64,000 nt of DNA, from positions 16,913 through 80,912 of the forward strand of contig JADHWH010000001.1 in NCBI GenBank assembly GCA_016783555.1. The letters are read 5' to 3'. Source of the DNA: Candidatus Omnitrophota bacterium (GTDB taxonomy: Bacteria; Omnitrophota; Gorgyraeia; JABMRJ01). The notes beneath the pieces were generated by a model. It did no database searches and was not told the DNA's origin. It saw nothing but the letters and a program-made list of their open reading frames with translations. This document shows, piece after piece, positions 17,646-27,446 of the stretch; position 1 is the first letter of the stretch; each line of letters opens with the position of its first letter. The position numbers and the translations under genes are program-made.

Positions 17646-19167
17646 CTTTTCTCCTTGCCTTAACAAAATAGAATGATGAAAAGAATTTATAGAGGTCGTA
17701 TTGAGCAAATTTTATTTCAACATCGAAATATTTCCCCCATAACTCCTCTAATATATTTTTTTCCGGCACATATATCATTATCCCACGCATCGTGGGATCC
17801 GGATGTAGCGGCGTAATCTCATAGTAAGAGCTGCCTAAAGGTCTTGCCCATTGTAAGTATCCATGCCTGGGAGATAGGTATCCGATAAAGATCTCTCCTC
17901 TGCTCTTTAGGACTCTTTTGGTTTCATCTATAAAATCTCTCTGATTCGGCATGTAGCTTCCTGCCTTCTCGCTTATAATAACGTCGAACGTCTTATCCTT
18001 ATACGGAAAACGGCCCTTTTCAAATCTATCAAGATGCATGCTTTCCGCTTTAGCCAATCTTTCGGCTGCCTTTTTCGTTTCTTCTATAACAATGTTAGAA
18101 CCTGAAACGCCATAGGGGATATAATCCATGTCCAAAGCCATCATTAAATTCGTAATATTAAGCGGCATGATTTCAAGGACTTTTTGGCCATCTCCGCTTA
18201 TTTCGTTTTCCTTTCCGATATTTACATAAAAACTGTTTGTAGGTCTTCTTCTCGTTGCCAGAAATCGTATGAGGTGTTCATTTGGATATTTATTTCCCGG
18301 CATAACTCCATCTTTATACATAAGTCTATATTTTCTGTCCCATAATTCTCTATTCTTATCTTGGGCAACTTCTTTGTTGATATTACTCTCCTTTGCCCTT
18401 AAGGGCTTTTGCAAAAAAGGAGCCGTTGTAAAATTAATTCGGGGCTTTGTAAAGGGCCTCTTTTTACCTATAAGATACTGCCAGGACATAAATATAGGCT
18501 CAAGGTCAAATTCCTCCAATCCTACTTCAATATCGAAATATCTTCCGTATATATCCTCAAACTGCACTTTCGATTTAAACAAGAAAAGTTCAAGTCCTTT
18601 AAGCCTCGGATTAGGGTGGTCCTCTTTAAACTTCACTACTGAACCAGGTTGGTCGTCTATATAATTCATATATCCATGGCGCGGTGAGAAAAAAGAGAAA
18701 AATATCCACCCCCCAAGCTTCAAAACCCTCTGGCACTCCTTTGCAAAGACTTCCTGGTCTATGTTGTAATAGACGCATTGGAGCCCCACGATTATGTCAA
18801 AAGATTCATCTTCTACAGGGAGCCTATTTCCGCTGAATACATCCACACTTAAACTGCTTTCCAGATTCTTTTTCTTTATAGCGCCTCTTGCCCTCTCTAC
18901 TGCATCCTGTGATACCTCAAGCCCCAATACTTTATATCCGCAGTCTTGCATCATGAGCATATTCGCAATTGTGCCGAAACCGAGTTCCAATATTCTTTTT
19001 CTTTTCTTGCTGCCTTTCTTGGAAATCCTGTTTATAAATCTCACTAAGTGCTCATTAGGGTACCTGACACCCGGCATATCGCTCGCCTTCTGATATCCCC
19101 TGTAATAGTCATCCCATACGGCGTTATTAAGCTCTATCTTTTTATCAATCAAGCTGCTTCTATCCAT
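17629..19167 (-). CDS. Tandem-duplicated class I SAM-dependent methyltransferase (two MT domains in one polypeptide)
   Basis: The protein is an internal repeat. RYPNEHLVRF...LELGFG...LKLGGWIFFSFFSPRHGYM is followed by KYPNEHLIRF...GEIFIGYLSPRHGYLQW. Confidence 0.65.
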   Translation of the reverse strand: MDRSSLIDKKIELNNAVWDDYYRGYQKASDMPGVRYPNEHLVRFINRISKKGSKKRKRILELGFGTIANMLMMQDCGYKVLGLEVSQDAVERARGAIKKKNLESSLSVDVFSGNRLPVEDESFDIIVGLQCVYYNIDQEVFAKECQRVLKLGGWIFFSFFSPRHGYMNYIDDQPGSVVKFKEDHPNPRLKGLELFLFKSKVQFEDIYGRYFDIEVGLEEFDLEPIFMSWQYLIGKKRPFTKPRINFTTAPFLQKPLRAKESNINKEVAQDKNRELWDRKYRLMYKDGVMPGNKYPNEHLIRFLATRRRPTNSFYVNIGKENEISGDGQKVLEIMPLNITNLMMALDMDYIPYGVSGSNIVIEETKKAAERLAKAESMHLDRFEKGRFPYKDKTFDVIISEKAGSYMPNQRDFIDETKRVLKSRGEIFIGYLSPRHGYLQWARPLGSSYYEITPLHPDPTMRGIMIYVPEKNILEELWGKYFDVEIKFAQYDLYKFFSSFYFVKARRKDADAK

Positions 19168-21001
19168 TTACACTTGCCTTCAAAACATTCATGCCTTCTT
19201 TGAGCACCGCCTTATTCCATATTTCTAACGAAAGGAGCATCCAGATAAGCGTTGAATATTTCTTTTTGCCGCTATAGTGCAAATTAATGATCTCCTTAAC
19301 AACGGAATAATTCAATTCTGACTTAGAGATGGAAGACGTAGAACTTGTGAGGTCATTAATAAGCTCTTGGGCTTCGCTTGTGTTAATCCAATAAGCTATA
19401 TCGGAAGGAGAACCCAGTTTTTTTCTCTCTATAATTTGGTCATGGACTTTGTCCTTTGACAATCTTTTTATAATATACTTTGGGATATTATCCTTATATT
19501 TTATGCCGCTATCTATTCTGTTTGCAAACTCAATTATATTGTGATCTAAAAAAGGCACCCTTACTTCCACTCCGCAAGCCATGGACATGCGATCCATTCG
19601 CATCAAGACTGATTGTAGTCTGAATCTTATGCTGTGGAACATCATGCGCATTTTTAGCTCCAGGTCATTGTGAAATTCAAGCCACTTATAAGATTCAATC
19701 TCTTTTACCCGCCTTTTGTCTATTCCGGTCAGGCGTTGGGCAATAGATAAATTATTTATTCCGCCTCCAAAATAGATCATATCATTTTCAGAAAAACCGT
19801 CGAAACTTCCCATCTCCAAATCGCACAGCGTTCTCTCAAAGCGTTCATATCCGAAGAATAGCTCGTCACTCCCGTCGCCTATCAAAAGCACCTTCATGCC
19901 CTCCTCTCCGGCATGGCGGCACATATCGTAAATAAATCCCGAAGAGTGGAATTGGAGCGGTTCGTCGTAAATATACGTAAGGTAAGAAAAGTATTCCAAG
20001 AATCTCGTGCTGTCTAAAAGCGCCGATTCAAAATCTATCTTTCTGCCGAACTTTTTATTCAGAAACTCAACTTGCATTTCTGCATATGGTGATTCGTCGA
20101 TTTCGCTCGTTACGTTCTTGGCATTAAAAAACTTAACTTTTTTAGCATTTGCATGGGTACTCTTTGCAACATAATACGAAACAAGCGAAGAGTCGATACC
20201 GCCGCTTAAGAGAATGCCTATCGGCACATCGCTTATCAGTCTATAGTCGACAGACTCCTTAAACTTCTCATCTAGGCAAGATAATATCTCTTCCTCATCA
20301 TCCATAATAGATGACGTCCCAACTAGCGACACCATATCCCAATATCTCTTTATCGATATTTTGCCGGAGGTATCCACGCTAAGATAATGGGCGGGTTCCA
20401 TCTCTGAAACACCTTCAAACATCGTATTCTTACCGAATACACCATTGGTTGTGACATATTCAAAGAGACATTCCTTGCGAAGCCTCTTTGGGATAATGCC
20501 GTTTGTTGTCATTGCCTTTATTTCGGACGCAAAAATCATAAAGCCTCTTTGCAGCGAATAATACAAAGGCTTGATACCTATTCTGTCTCTTGCTAAAAAT
20601 AACTTATTAACCCTTTTGTCCCATATAGAGAATGCAAACATGCCGTTAAAAAGAGATAAAGCTTTCTCAATACCGTATTCCTCGTAGGCATGGATTATAA
20701 CCTCGGAATCACAGCGCGAACGGAATATGTGTCCTCTTACAAGCAGGTTCTCCCTCAATTCATTATGGTTGTAGACCTCACCGTTAAATATCAAAACCAC
20801 GTTACCATCCTCATTGAATATGGGCTGCGATCCCTTCTCTACATCTATAATGCTTAATCTTGTATGGCCCAAAGATACCCATTCATCCTTATAGGCGCCG
20901 CTATTATCGGGCCCTCTATGGCTAAGCAGCTTTGTAGCCGTTTCTATATCGAAAATATTGTTATTTTTATTAAAAGATAAAAAACCTACTATTCCACACA
21001 T
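19160..21001 (-). CDS. Asparagine synthetase B-family glutamine amidotransferase (PseA/WbpS-like sugar amidotransferase)
   Basis: MCGIVGF is the N-terminal Cys class-II glutaminase motif. An AsnB synthetase domain (SGGIDSS PP-loop) follows. Confidence 0.8.
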   Translation of the reverse strand: MCGIVGFLSFNKNNNIFDIETATKLLSHRGPDNSGAYKDEWVSLGHTRLSIIDVEKGSQPIFNEDGNVVLIFNGEVYNHNELRENLLVRGHIFRSRCDSEVIIHAYEEYGIEKALSLFNGMFAFSIWDKRVNKLFLARDRIGIKPLYYSLQRGFMIFASEIKAMTTNGIIPKRLRKECLFEYVTTNGVFGKNTMFEGVSEMEPAHYLSVDTSGKISIKRYWDMVSLVGTSSIMDDEEEILSCLDEKFKESVDYRLISDVPIGILLSGGIDSSLVSYYVAKSTHANAKKVKFFNAKNVTSEIDESPYAEMQVEFLNKKFGRKIDFESALLDSTRFLEYFSYLTYIYDEPLQFHSSGFIYDMCRHAGEEGMKVLLIGDGSDELFFGYERFERTLCDLEMGSFDGFSENDMIYFGGGINNLSIAQRLTGIDKRRVKEIESYKWLEFHNDLELKMRMMFHSIRFRLQSVLMRMDRMSMACGVEVRVPFLDHNIIEFANRIDSGIKYKDNIPKYIIKRLSKDKVHDQIIERKKLGSPSDIAYWINTSEAQELINDLTSSTSSISKSELNYSVVKEIINLHYSGKKKYSTLIWMLLSLEIWNKAVLKEGMNVLKASVNG

Positions 21002-21004
21002 AGT

Positions 21005-21562
21005 CTATTTTTCCTTCTTAAGTCTTTCATAACGGTCTCGCGTTATAGATACTTGAACGATGTCTTTGTATTTACCGTCTACAAAACGGGCCTGCGAAAA
21101 GATACCCTCTCTCTTCATTCCAACCTTTCCGCAACTCTTAATAGCACCCATATTGTCTGCTACTATCGCATTATATATGCGGTTTAAATTCAATGTATTG
21201 AATGCATAGTCTATAACGAGTTTTAGAGCCTCGGTTCCATAGCCTTTACCGCGATATTTCTTATCGCCTATCATGCGCCCGCAATGTGCTGTTCGGTTTA
21301 CCCAATCTATCCCCCCGATTTTTATATTTCCGATATACTTATCGTTTTTCTTGACTATAATAGCGAAGATTACATCATTATTTGAATTTGTAACCTTCTC
21401 ATAATAACCCCAAAGTTTATCCCGTGATGTGGGAAAAATCCCACTCATAAGGAACCTATTGGTCTCGGGGTCGTTAATCCAACCCAAGTACCCCTTTTCA
21501 AGGTCGTCTGGATTAAGCGATCTTAAGTATACCCTTTTACCGATAATAAACGGACATTCCAT
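21005..21562 (-). CDS. GNAT family N-acetyltransferase
   Basis: RimL-like GNAT motifs. The likely start is MECPFIIGKRVYL, and the ORF track's longer extension was dropped. Confidence 0.65.
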   Translation of the reverse strand: MECPFIIGKRVYLRSLNPDDLEKGYLGWINDPETNRFLMSGIFPTSRDKLWGYYEKVTNSNNDVIFAIIVKKNDKYIGNIKIGGIDWVNRTAHCGRMIGDKKYRGKGYGTEALKLVIDYAFNTLNLNRIYNAIVADNMGAIKSCGKVGMKREGIFSQARFVDGKYKDIVQVSITRDRYERLKKEK

Positions 21563-21617
21563 ATATCCTCCTCTTCTAGCGTTAAGGGAAGAACCTTTAA
21601 AAAAAACCGTGTACATT

Positions 21618-22709
21618 TTACCGTTTATTCTTAACTAATCCAATCGCTGTTTTTAATACCGCATTTAATTTTCCGTAATCAGGCGGTAATTCAACCCCTC
21701 CGTAATATTGGGGGGCTGCTATTTTATGTAGAGCAAATGTTGTCAGTAATATCGTTGAGTGATTTTTATTATATTTTGCCATTGTCTGCAATCGGCGGAA
21801 TAATCTAATGCTCTGCCTTGGTCTGACATCATCTTTATACAAAGAAAGGCTTAGCTGGTCTATGTGTGAAGACGGTATTAAAAGATTTTTCGTGTCTACC
21901 TTGTCGATATCCAATTTTTTTATACGCTTAAAAACAAGTGTGGTTGAATGATGGAGATGGTTATGGTCGATTTGCACAAGAGGATTCATATTAATTCCCT
22001 TAACCAATCTGAAGCCCAACAATTCCATAAAATTTATATAGTCGAAAGGGGTATATAGATGAATGTACGGAACAAAAAAATCATCCATTATCCTGCTTGT
22101 TACTACATTATTAATATCTCCGCTTGAATAAATAAGCGCAGAGGAAAGAAAATATCGATTTATCTGTCTTGCGCTCAACAAAGAACGAATCATTGAACAA
22201 ACAAGCCACTTAAAAGTGCCTGAACGATAAAAATAGACCCATATCTTTCTGTTTTTGCGCACTGCCTTTGCGCAATTACGCAACCCTTGGGCAGTATTTG
22301 AGAAATGATGAACAATACCGTTCAGATAAACAAAATCAAAATTCTCTTCCGGAGGGGGCGTAATGCACAAATCCGCACATATATTCGTAATTGATCTATC
22401 CTTATAACGCTGCCTCAATAATTTTTTGAAACGTCTTATATTCTGTCTAGAAATGTCGAAATGTGTTACTGATTTCGCGCCTAATAATAACATGCCAATA
22501 GCCTGTCTTCCGATGCCAACATCCATCATATCATATTCATGCGCTCTATCATAGATACCTGCTTTTTTAAAATCATCACGGATAACATTTACAATATGAT
22601 CCTCTATTCCTTTTTTATTCGTAAGGTCTTGGTATATATTGCCGAAACTGTATTTGCCGTAAAAGACGCCCGTTTTATTAACATTTGAACTATATCCCTT
22701 TAAAAGCAT
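21618..22709 (-). CDS. Putative SAM-dependent methyltransferase domain + C-terminal domain of unknown function
   Basis: MMDVGIGRQAIG resembles SAM-MT motif I, and FDFVYLNGIVHHF resembles motif II. The coding sequence is AT-rich. A G7 tract lies 4-10 nt upstream of the ATG. Confidence 0.4.
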   Translation of the reverse strand: MLLKGYSSNVNKTGVFYGKYSFGNIYQDLTNKKGIEDHIVNVIRDDFKKAGIYDRAHEYDMMDVGIGRQAIGMLLLGAKSVTHFDISRQNIRRFKKLLRQRYKDRSITNICADLCITPPPEENFDFVYLNGIVHHFSNTAQGLRNCAKAVRKNRKIWVYFYRSGTFKWLVCSMIRSLLSARQINRYFLSSALIYSSGDINNVVTSRIMDDFFVPYIHLYTPFDYINFMELLGFRLVKGINMNPLVQIDHNHLHHSTTLVFKRIKKLDIDKVDTKNLLIPSSHIDQLSLSLYKDDVRPRQSIRLFRRLQTMAKYNKNHSTILLTTFALHKIAAPQYYGGVELPPDYGKLNAVLKTAIGLVKNKR

Positions 22710-22722
22710 TTACCCCCCCAGC

Positions 22723-24288
22723 TTAATAAGGTTGTGGAAAAAGCTGTCTTTCTATAAATTCCGTATTTATTTCTGTGTGGTCTTTCTCTAAGGCATCTAT
22801 TAACTCATCTTCATTGAAGATTATCCTATTCCTGTCGTCAGACCAGCAATTTATGGGTATACATCTTTTATTTAATAGCCCCAGCATCTCTGGGATAAAT
22901 TTCTCTTTTTCGTACAAAAAATATATTATCTTTTTATTACTTGCCAGGGCAAACCCAAATGTAGTTGTAAGCACATGAGGAAAAATAATCGTATCCGCTT
23001 TTTGGTACTCTTTTTCAAATGTGCCTTTTACGCATTCGTCTGCAAACCCCTCAAATATCTTTCCGCCGTCAATTTCTTCCAATCTATCTACCCGCAGTTT
23101 TATCATTACGTAATATCCATACTTTTTTAATGCCTTCATAATCCGCAGGTTTAAATCTAATTGGATGCTATAATAAAGAGGGGTGGAATATAATGTAAAG
23201 ATATCATTAAAACTTGATTGAAGCACCATAACTTTTTTGCTTTTTTTAGGCATGGATTTTTTCTTTTCCCTGTGGTACATCCTTGGAAAATAATTGTCTT
23301 CTACAGATTCTGTTATTGGCTTCTGGGGCAAGGGGAAATCAGAATTTATTCTTACTAAATTATCAAAAAAACTCTTTATGGCGCCTGTCTGCACTACATA
23401 GTTAGTTACAAGAAGCAATTCGGACAATAAGAATATCTTATCATAAATCAAACCAAGGGTATTCCCATGGTTAAAACCGGTTATCCTTTTTCTCTCGGTA
23501 AGCAGTATTTTGAAGATAGTCCTGTTTACAATATTCCCCAGCGAGGTTGCTAATATATGATCGTAATCTAATAGCTTCAAACGTTCTTTGGTGCCTAAAT
23601 ATAGCCTTGTAGTCAAGGACAAATCCTCTAAAAGCATCGTATTGATTTCGTCAATGCCCTTATCATACAAACCGTAATAATTAAGTATGCGGCGTCTCGT
23701 GTCATTAAACCTCGAAACAACATATCGAAGTTCAGTTAAAAGTGTCGTAGGTATAGAGTCTTTCAAACTTATTAATTTATTGTAAGGTTTAAATTGCAGA
23801 TATAGTCTCTTTTTTTTTGCATAGATGCTTTTTAGTCTATCTGTCGGGGGTCCCACATTTAAACATTTTCTAAAACCAAACAATCCGTATGCCTTGCTTA
23901 TAAAATGAAATGACGTGCGCTTAAAATACGTATAAAAATCGTCGTTTAACAAATTATAAATTTTTTCTCTACTAAATTTTGAATAAGGTTTGCCTCCTGA
24001 ATATATGACCTTATATCCTTTTGAGGCTAAATATTTGGTTAGCATATAGCTGTGCAGAAAATGTGCATATTTCCTCATAAGATCAACTCTGATGCATACA
24101 ATGTCCTTTGTAATATCCGAAAGGCCGGAGCTTAAAATTTCCTTATACATATTATAAAATTGAATAGAAAAAATTTCATAACTTTTTATAGAAAACGGCA
24201 TAAAAAATTCTTTTTCCCACATATTTATCCCATAGTTTTTTATCGCGTCCATACCTATGCAATATATCTTATTTTCAGTCTTGATCAT
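22723..24288 (-). CDS. Paralogue A: unknown N-terminal domain + TagF-like (CDP-alcohol phosphotransferase, Glyphos_transf-like) C-terminal domain; candidate phosphoramidate or glycerophosphate-type transferase
   Basis: The C-terminus (KKVMVLQSSFN...YYVMIKLRVDRLEE...ADTIIFPHVLTTTFGFALASNKKIIYF) resembles the TagB/TagF donor-binding domain. It is a clear paralogue of 24285..25943. It carries a coding A9 tract. Confidence 0.4.
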   Translation of the reverse strand: MIKTENKIYCIGMDAIKNYGINMWEKEFFMPFSIKSYEIFSIQFYNMYKEILSSGLSDITKDIVCIRVDLMRKYAHFLHSYMLTKYLASKGYKVIYSGGKPYSKFSREKIYNLLNDDFYTYFKRTSFHFISKAYGLFGFRKCLNVGPPTDRLKSIYAKKKRLYLQFKPYNKLISLKDSIPTTLLTELRYVVSRFNDTRRRILNYYGLYDKGIDEINTMLLEDLSLTTRLYLGTKERLKLLDYDHILATSLGNIVNRTIFKILLTERKRITGFNHGNTLGLIYDKIFLLSELLLVTNYVVQTGAIKSFFDNLVRINSDFPLPQKPITESVEDNYFPRMYHREKKKSMPKKSKKVMVLQSSFNDIFTLYSTPLYYSIQLDLNLRIMKALKKYGYYVMIKLRVDRLEEIDGGKIFEGFADECVKGTFEKEYQKADTIIFPHVLTTTFGFALASNKKIIYFLYEKEKFIPEMLGLLNKRCIPINCWSDDRNRIIFNEDELIDALEKDHTEINTEFIERQLFPQPY

Positions 24289-25943
24289 AGCCGTCTAGGT
24301 TCCGTAAACACGCTCTTTATATTCGCCGGAAAAAGATACTTTTCCATAAATTCGGTGTTGGGGTATTTAGGCTTTCGGGTTAATTCTTCCAGTAAATGCT
24401 TTTTATCGAAAAGCACGCGGCCCCTCTTATCCCGCCATGTCTCTATTACCGAACATCTCTTTTCGAGAAGTTCAAGCGGCTCCTCGAATGGTTTAAAATC
24501 CTTGAAACTTATATCAAGAATAATAATTCTTTTGTTGGTACATACTATTTTCATAAAAGTACTGGTAGTTATTCTTGGGAATATGAACGCATCGGCGCAG
24601 TTAAAGTCTTTCTCGAGTTTTTCCTTCATGACCTCCGCCTTGCCTTCGAATATCCCTTCAATTTCAGACAGCCTCTCCGGATGCGCTTTGTAAATTACCC
24701 TATAATCGGTCTCCTTAAGCACATCGATAAAGCGCAGTTCATAATCTAATCGAGTTAATGATAAACCGCCTGCCTTTGCTACCCTCCTGTGATAATGCGG
24801 GGATCCTATGACCATTACAGATTTGATTGTGTCGGCCGGCGGCAGATTCCTGTATCTTTTCCATATCATGAAATACTCATTGCTTTCGGCAGAAACCATA
24901 TTCCACTTGCTATCGCAGTGCAAATGATTGCGCTTTATCATTTCATACAACCCAGCACTCTCGTTCGTATAAGTCACAAAATCATTCACAATGGGTGCGT
25001 CAAAAGAGGAGATTGAGTACAAAGGTTGATTTAAAAGCCCTACATCGCCTCCATGCGCAAATACTGCAATCTTGCCGCCTTGTTTCTGCACGGCTACGCC
25101 TATAACTCTATTCAAAGGTATTCCTGTACCGGACAAGAGAAAGTGTGTCTTTTTTTTTAAAGTCCTAACCACCCTCTCAACTCTGTTTAATGTTTTACCT
25201 GTATTTATAAAACGGTTTTTCGTCAAATTTGCCAAATGTGATTTAAAACCATCGGGAAACGGGACATCATATTTAGCCGCTACTTGCGACAGGTTATCAA
25301 TTAATCCATCTGCGCAATCTTTAATTAAACCTGCGAGTTCGTCAGAGATTTTGCCGTTACTATTCCCCTTTAACCAGTCTGAAAATGACGTGAAATAGCA
25401 CCATCGCCCTGTTTCTTTTATGTAGCGATCTATAAGCGGGCTGTTTGAACCGCAAATTCGAAGATTTTCCTTTTCAAAAAGCGATACAACGTATTTTAAA
25501 ATATCAAACCTATTAAATATCACGGTCTTGGCCAAGGACTTAAGACGTTCGCTTATCCTTGCCTTTATATTCATTGAAGACAAATTTGTATAGGTCGGGA
25601 AAATATTGTACATGTGATTGTCTAAAGGAGCCTTATCCGTTATCTTCTTATACCACAATGAGTTACCTGTGCAGAATAATTCTATACCGTTTTTGCCTAC
25701 GACGTCTATTACCTTTAGCGCATGAAGAACATTAGCGTATTCTATGGACAGGTACACAGCGTCAATGCTTAAAAGATTAGCAACATCCGCCGGTGTGCCG
25801 TTAATGGCTTTCGCAATGCACCTATCCACATCTTGGTACATCTCTAAATATTTCTCATCCGAGACAGGGAGAAAAAATTCCTCCTGCCACCTTGTTATAC
25901 CGTACTCTTTTACCGCAAATATATCTGTCGGGAATTTTCTCAT
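24285..25943 (-). CDS. Paralogue B of the upstream gene (TagF-like C-terminal domain)
   Basis: N-terminal YGITRWQEEFFLPVS aligns with YGINMWEKEFFMPFS in paralogue A. C-terminal ...AFIFPRITTSTFMKIV... aligns with ...TIIFPHVLTTTFGFAL... in paralogue A. It carries a coding A10 tract. Confidence 0.4.
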   Translation of the reverse strand: MRKFPTDIFAVKEYGITRWQEEFFLPVSDEKYLEMYQDVDRCIAKAINGTPADVANLLSIDAVYLSIEYANVLHALKVIDVVGKNGIELFCTGNSLWYKKITDKAPLDNHMYNIFPTYTNLSSMNIKARISERLKSLAKTVIFNRFDILKYVVSLFEKENLRICGSNSPLIDRYIKETGRWCYFTSFSDWLKGNSNGKISDELAGLIKDCADGLIDNLSQVAAKYDVPFPDGFKSHLANLTKNRFINTGKTLNRVERVVRTLKKKTHFLLSGTGIPLNRVIGVAVQKQGGKIAVFAHGGDVGLLNQPLYSISSFDAPIVNDFVTYTNESAGLYEMIKRNHLHCDSKWNMVSAESNEYFMIWKRYRNLPPADTIKSVMVIGSPHYHRRVAKAGGLSLTRLDYELRFIDVLKETDYRVIYKAHPERLSEIEGIFEGKAEVMKEKLEKDFNCADAFIFPRITTSTFMKIVCTNKRIIILDISFKDFKPFEEPLELLEKRCSVIETWRDKRGRVLFDKKHLLEELTRKPKYPNTEFMEKYLFPANIKSVFTEPRRL

Positions 25944-25947
25944 AGAT

Positions 25948-26985
25948 TTAACGCTTTAGAAAATCCAAGGTTAACGGAGTTCCTCTGGATATACGCCTTT
26001 TGGCCTTTTTACCTAGGACATGCTTCAAAAATTTAGGCGGCAATCCCTGTCCAGGCCTTATGGACCTTACATTTTGTTCCGTAAAGACCTCCCCCTTCTT
26101 TACGTCTTTCGTTACAAACAAAGAACGCCTGAATATTCTGTTTTTACTTTCGGCTTTCGTTATACAGTAACCTACCTTCCCAATAGCTTTCTCTGCTATT
26201 CTTATGTTTTCTACAAGTGATTTCAATTCGTGAGGTTCTATAGAAAAGAAGCTGTCCGGGGTTTCGAATTTCCTCGAGAGGGTAAAATGCTTCTCGACCA
26301 TATCCGCCCCTAAAGAGGCAGCGAGTATTGATGCACCAATTCCCAGCGTATGATCAGAGAGGCCTACGGAACAGCTAAATTTTTTCTTCATGTGCGGTAT
26401 TGTTCTTAAATTCATCTCTTCCGGGCTTGCGGGATAGCTGCTTACGCATTTTAATAACGTTATATCCTTCGCCCCCGCTCTTCTTGCGGCAGTTACGGCC
26501 TCTTCTACCTCCTTGAGGGTAGCCATCCCGGTAGACATTATAAGCGGCTTACCGGTCTTTGCCGTATACTCTATTAAATCGAGATCCACCAATTCAAAAG
26601 ACGCGATCTTATGCATAGGGACATCCAGCTCTTCCAGGAAGTCGACTGCCGTCCTGTCGAACGCCGTAGAAAAAAAGACCATATCTAAATCGTCCGCTAC
26701 ACCTTTCAGCCTTTTAAACCAGCTCCATGGCGTATATGCCCTTTTGTATAATTGATAGAGCGTCTGGCCTCCCCATTTCGGGTGCTTGATCTTAAAGCAT
26801 CTTCTATTGTTGTCTATGGTAATAGTATCGGCCGTGTATGTCTGAAACTTAACCGCATCGGCGCCTGAGGCCTTAGCCTTCTTTATAAGAGTTACTGCTC
26901 TCTTCAAGCTGCGACCGTGATTAGCGGATATCTCCGCTACTATAAAGACCTCTCTCTTCCGGTCTTTTGAGTTTGAATCAAACAT
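25948..26985 (-). CDS. pseI: Pseudaminic acid synthase-like (NeuB family + SAF domain)
   Basis: FIVAEISANHG...SDHT motif, in a pseB-pseC-pseF-pseG-pseH-pseI context. Confidence 0.75.
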   Translation of the reverse strand: MFDSNSKDRKREVFIVAEISANHGRSLKRAVTLIKKAKASGADAVKFQTYTADTITIDNNRRCFKIKHPKWGGQTLYQLYKRAYTPWSWFKRLKGVADDLDMVFFSTAFDRTAVDFLEELDVPMHKIASFELVDLDLIEYTAKTGKPLIMSTGMATLKEVEEAVTAARRAGAKDITLLKCVSSYPASPEEMNLRTIPHMKKKFSCSVGLSDHTLGIGASILAASLGADMVEKHFTLSRKFETPDSFFSIEPHELKSLVENIRIAEKAIGKVGYCITKAESKNRIFRRSLFVTKDVKKGEVFTEQNVRSIRPGQGLPPKFLKHVLGKKAKRRISRGTPLTLDFLKR

Positions 26986-27442
26986 AATCCGCTTCCTTTT
27001 TATAGACTATCTTTTCACGGGTCTCCCCCGCATGTCTATAGCCCGCCTTCAAAAACGCCTTCTGCGACGCGATGTTATCTTTCTTCACCTCAGCTATTAC
27101 AGACAGCCTCTTTTTTGTCTCGGTAAATATCTTCTCTGTGCCGAGCCTTATGAGCTCCCTGCCCAGTTTTTTGCCGAAGAAGTCCGGATTCAGGCTGACG
27201 CTCACCCTGATGAGGAATTCTTCAACATCGAATCTTATAACGCCTACCTTCTCTTTTCTGTCGCGGGCTATGTATATCCTTGCGCTGCGGTCTCTAAATC
27301 TAGAATAAAACCACTTCTTATGATCTTTCCAGGAGATTGGGGCATCATCGAATGAATTTTTCCGAACCTCAGGATGGTTCCTCCATGTCCAGAGGTCTCT
27401 ACAATCACCTTCAGCCGCTTTTTTAAATATAAGTTTGGCCAT
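26978..27442 (-). CDS. pseH: Small GNAT N-acetyltransferase, PseH-like
   Basis: 154-aa GNAT protein located between pseG and pseI. Confidence 0.6.
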   Translation of the reverse strand: MAKLIFKKAAEGDCRDLWTWRNHPEVRKNSFDDAPISWKDHKKWFYSRFRDRSARIYIARDRKEKVGVIRFDVEEFLIRVSVSLNPDFFGKKLGRELIRLGTEKIFTETKKRLSVIAEVKKDNIASQKAFLKAGYRHAGETREKIVYKKEADYV

Positions 27443-27446
27443 ATTA

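Noticed and set aside
21706-21711. C6/G6 tract inside the MT-like gene as a phase-variation site
   Set aside because: It is only 6 nt long, it encodes Ala-Pro-Gln in frame, and it is too short to be a likely slippage hotspot.
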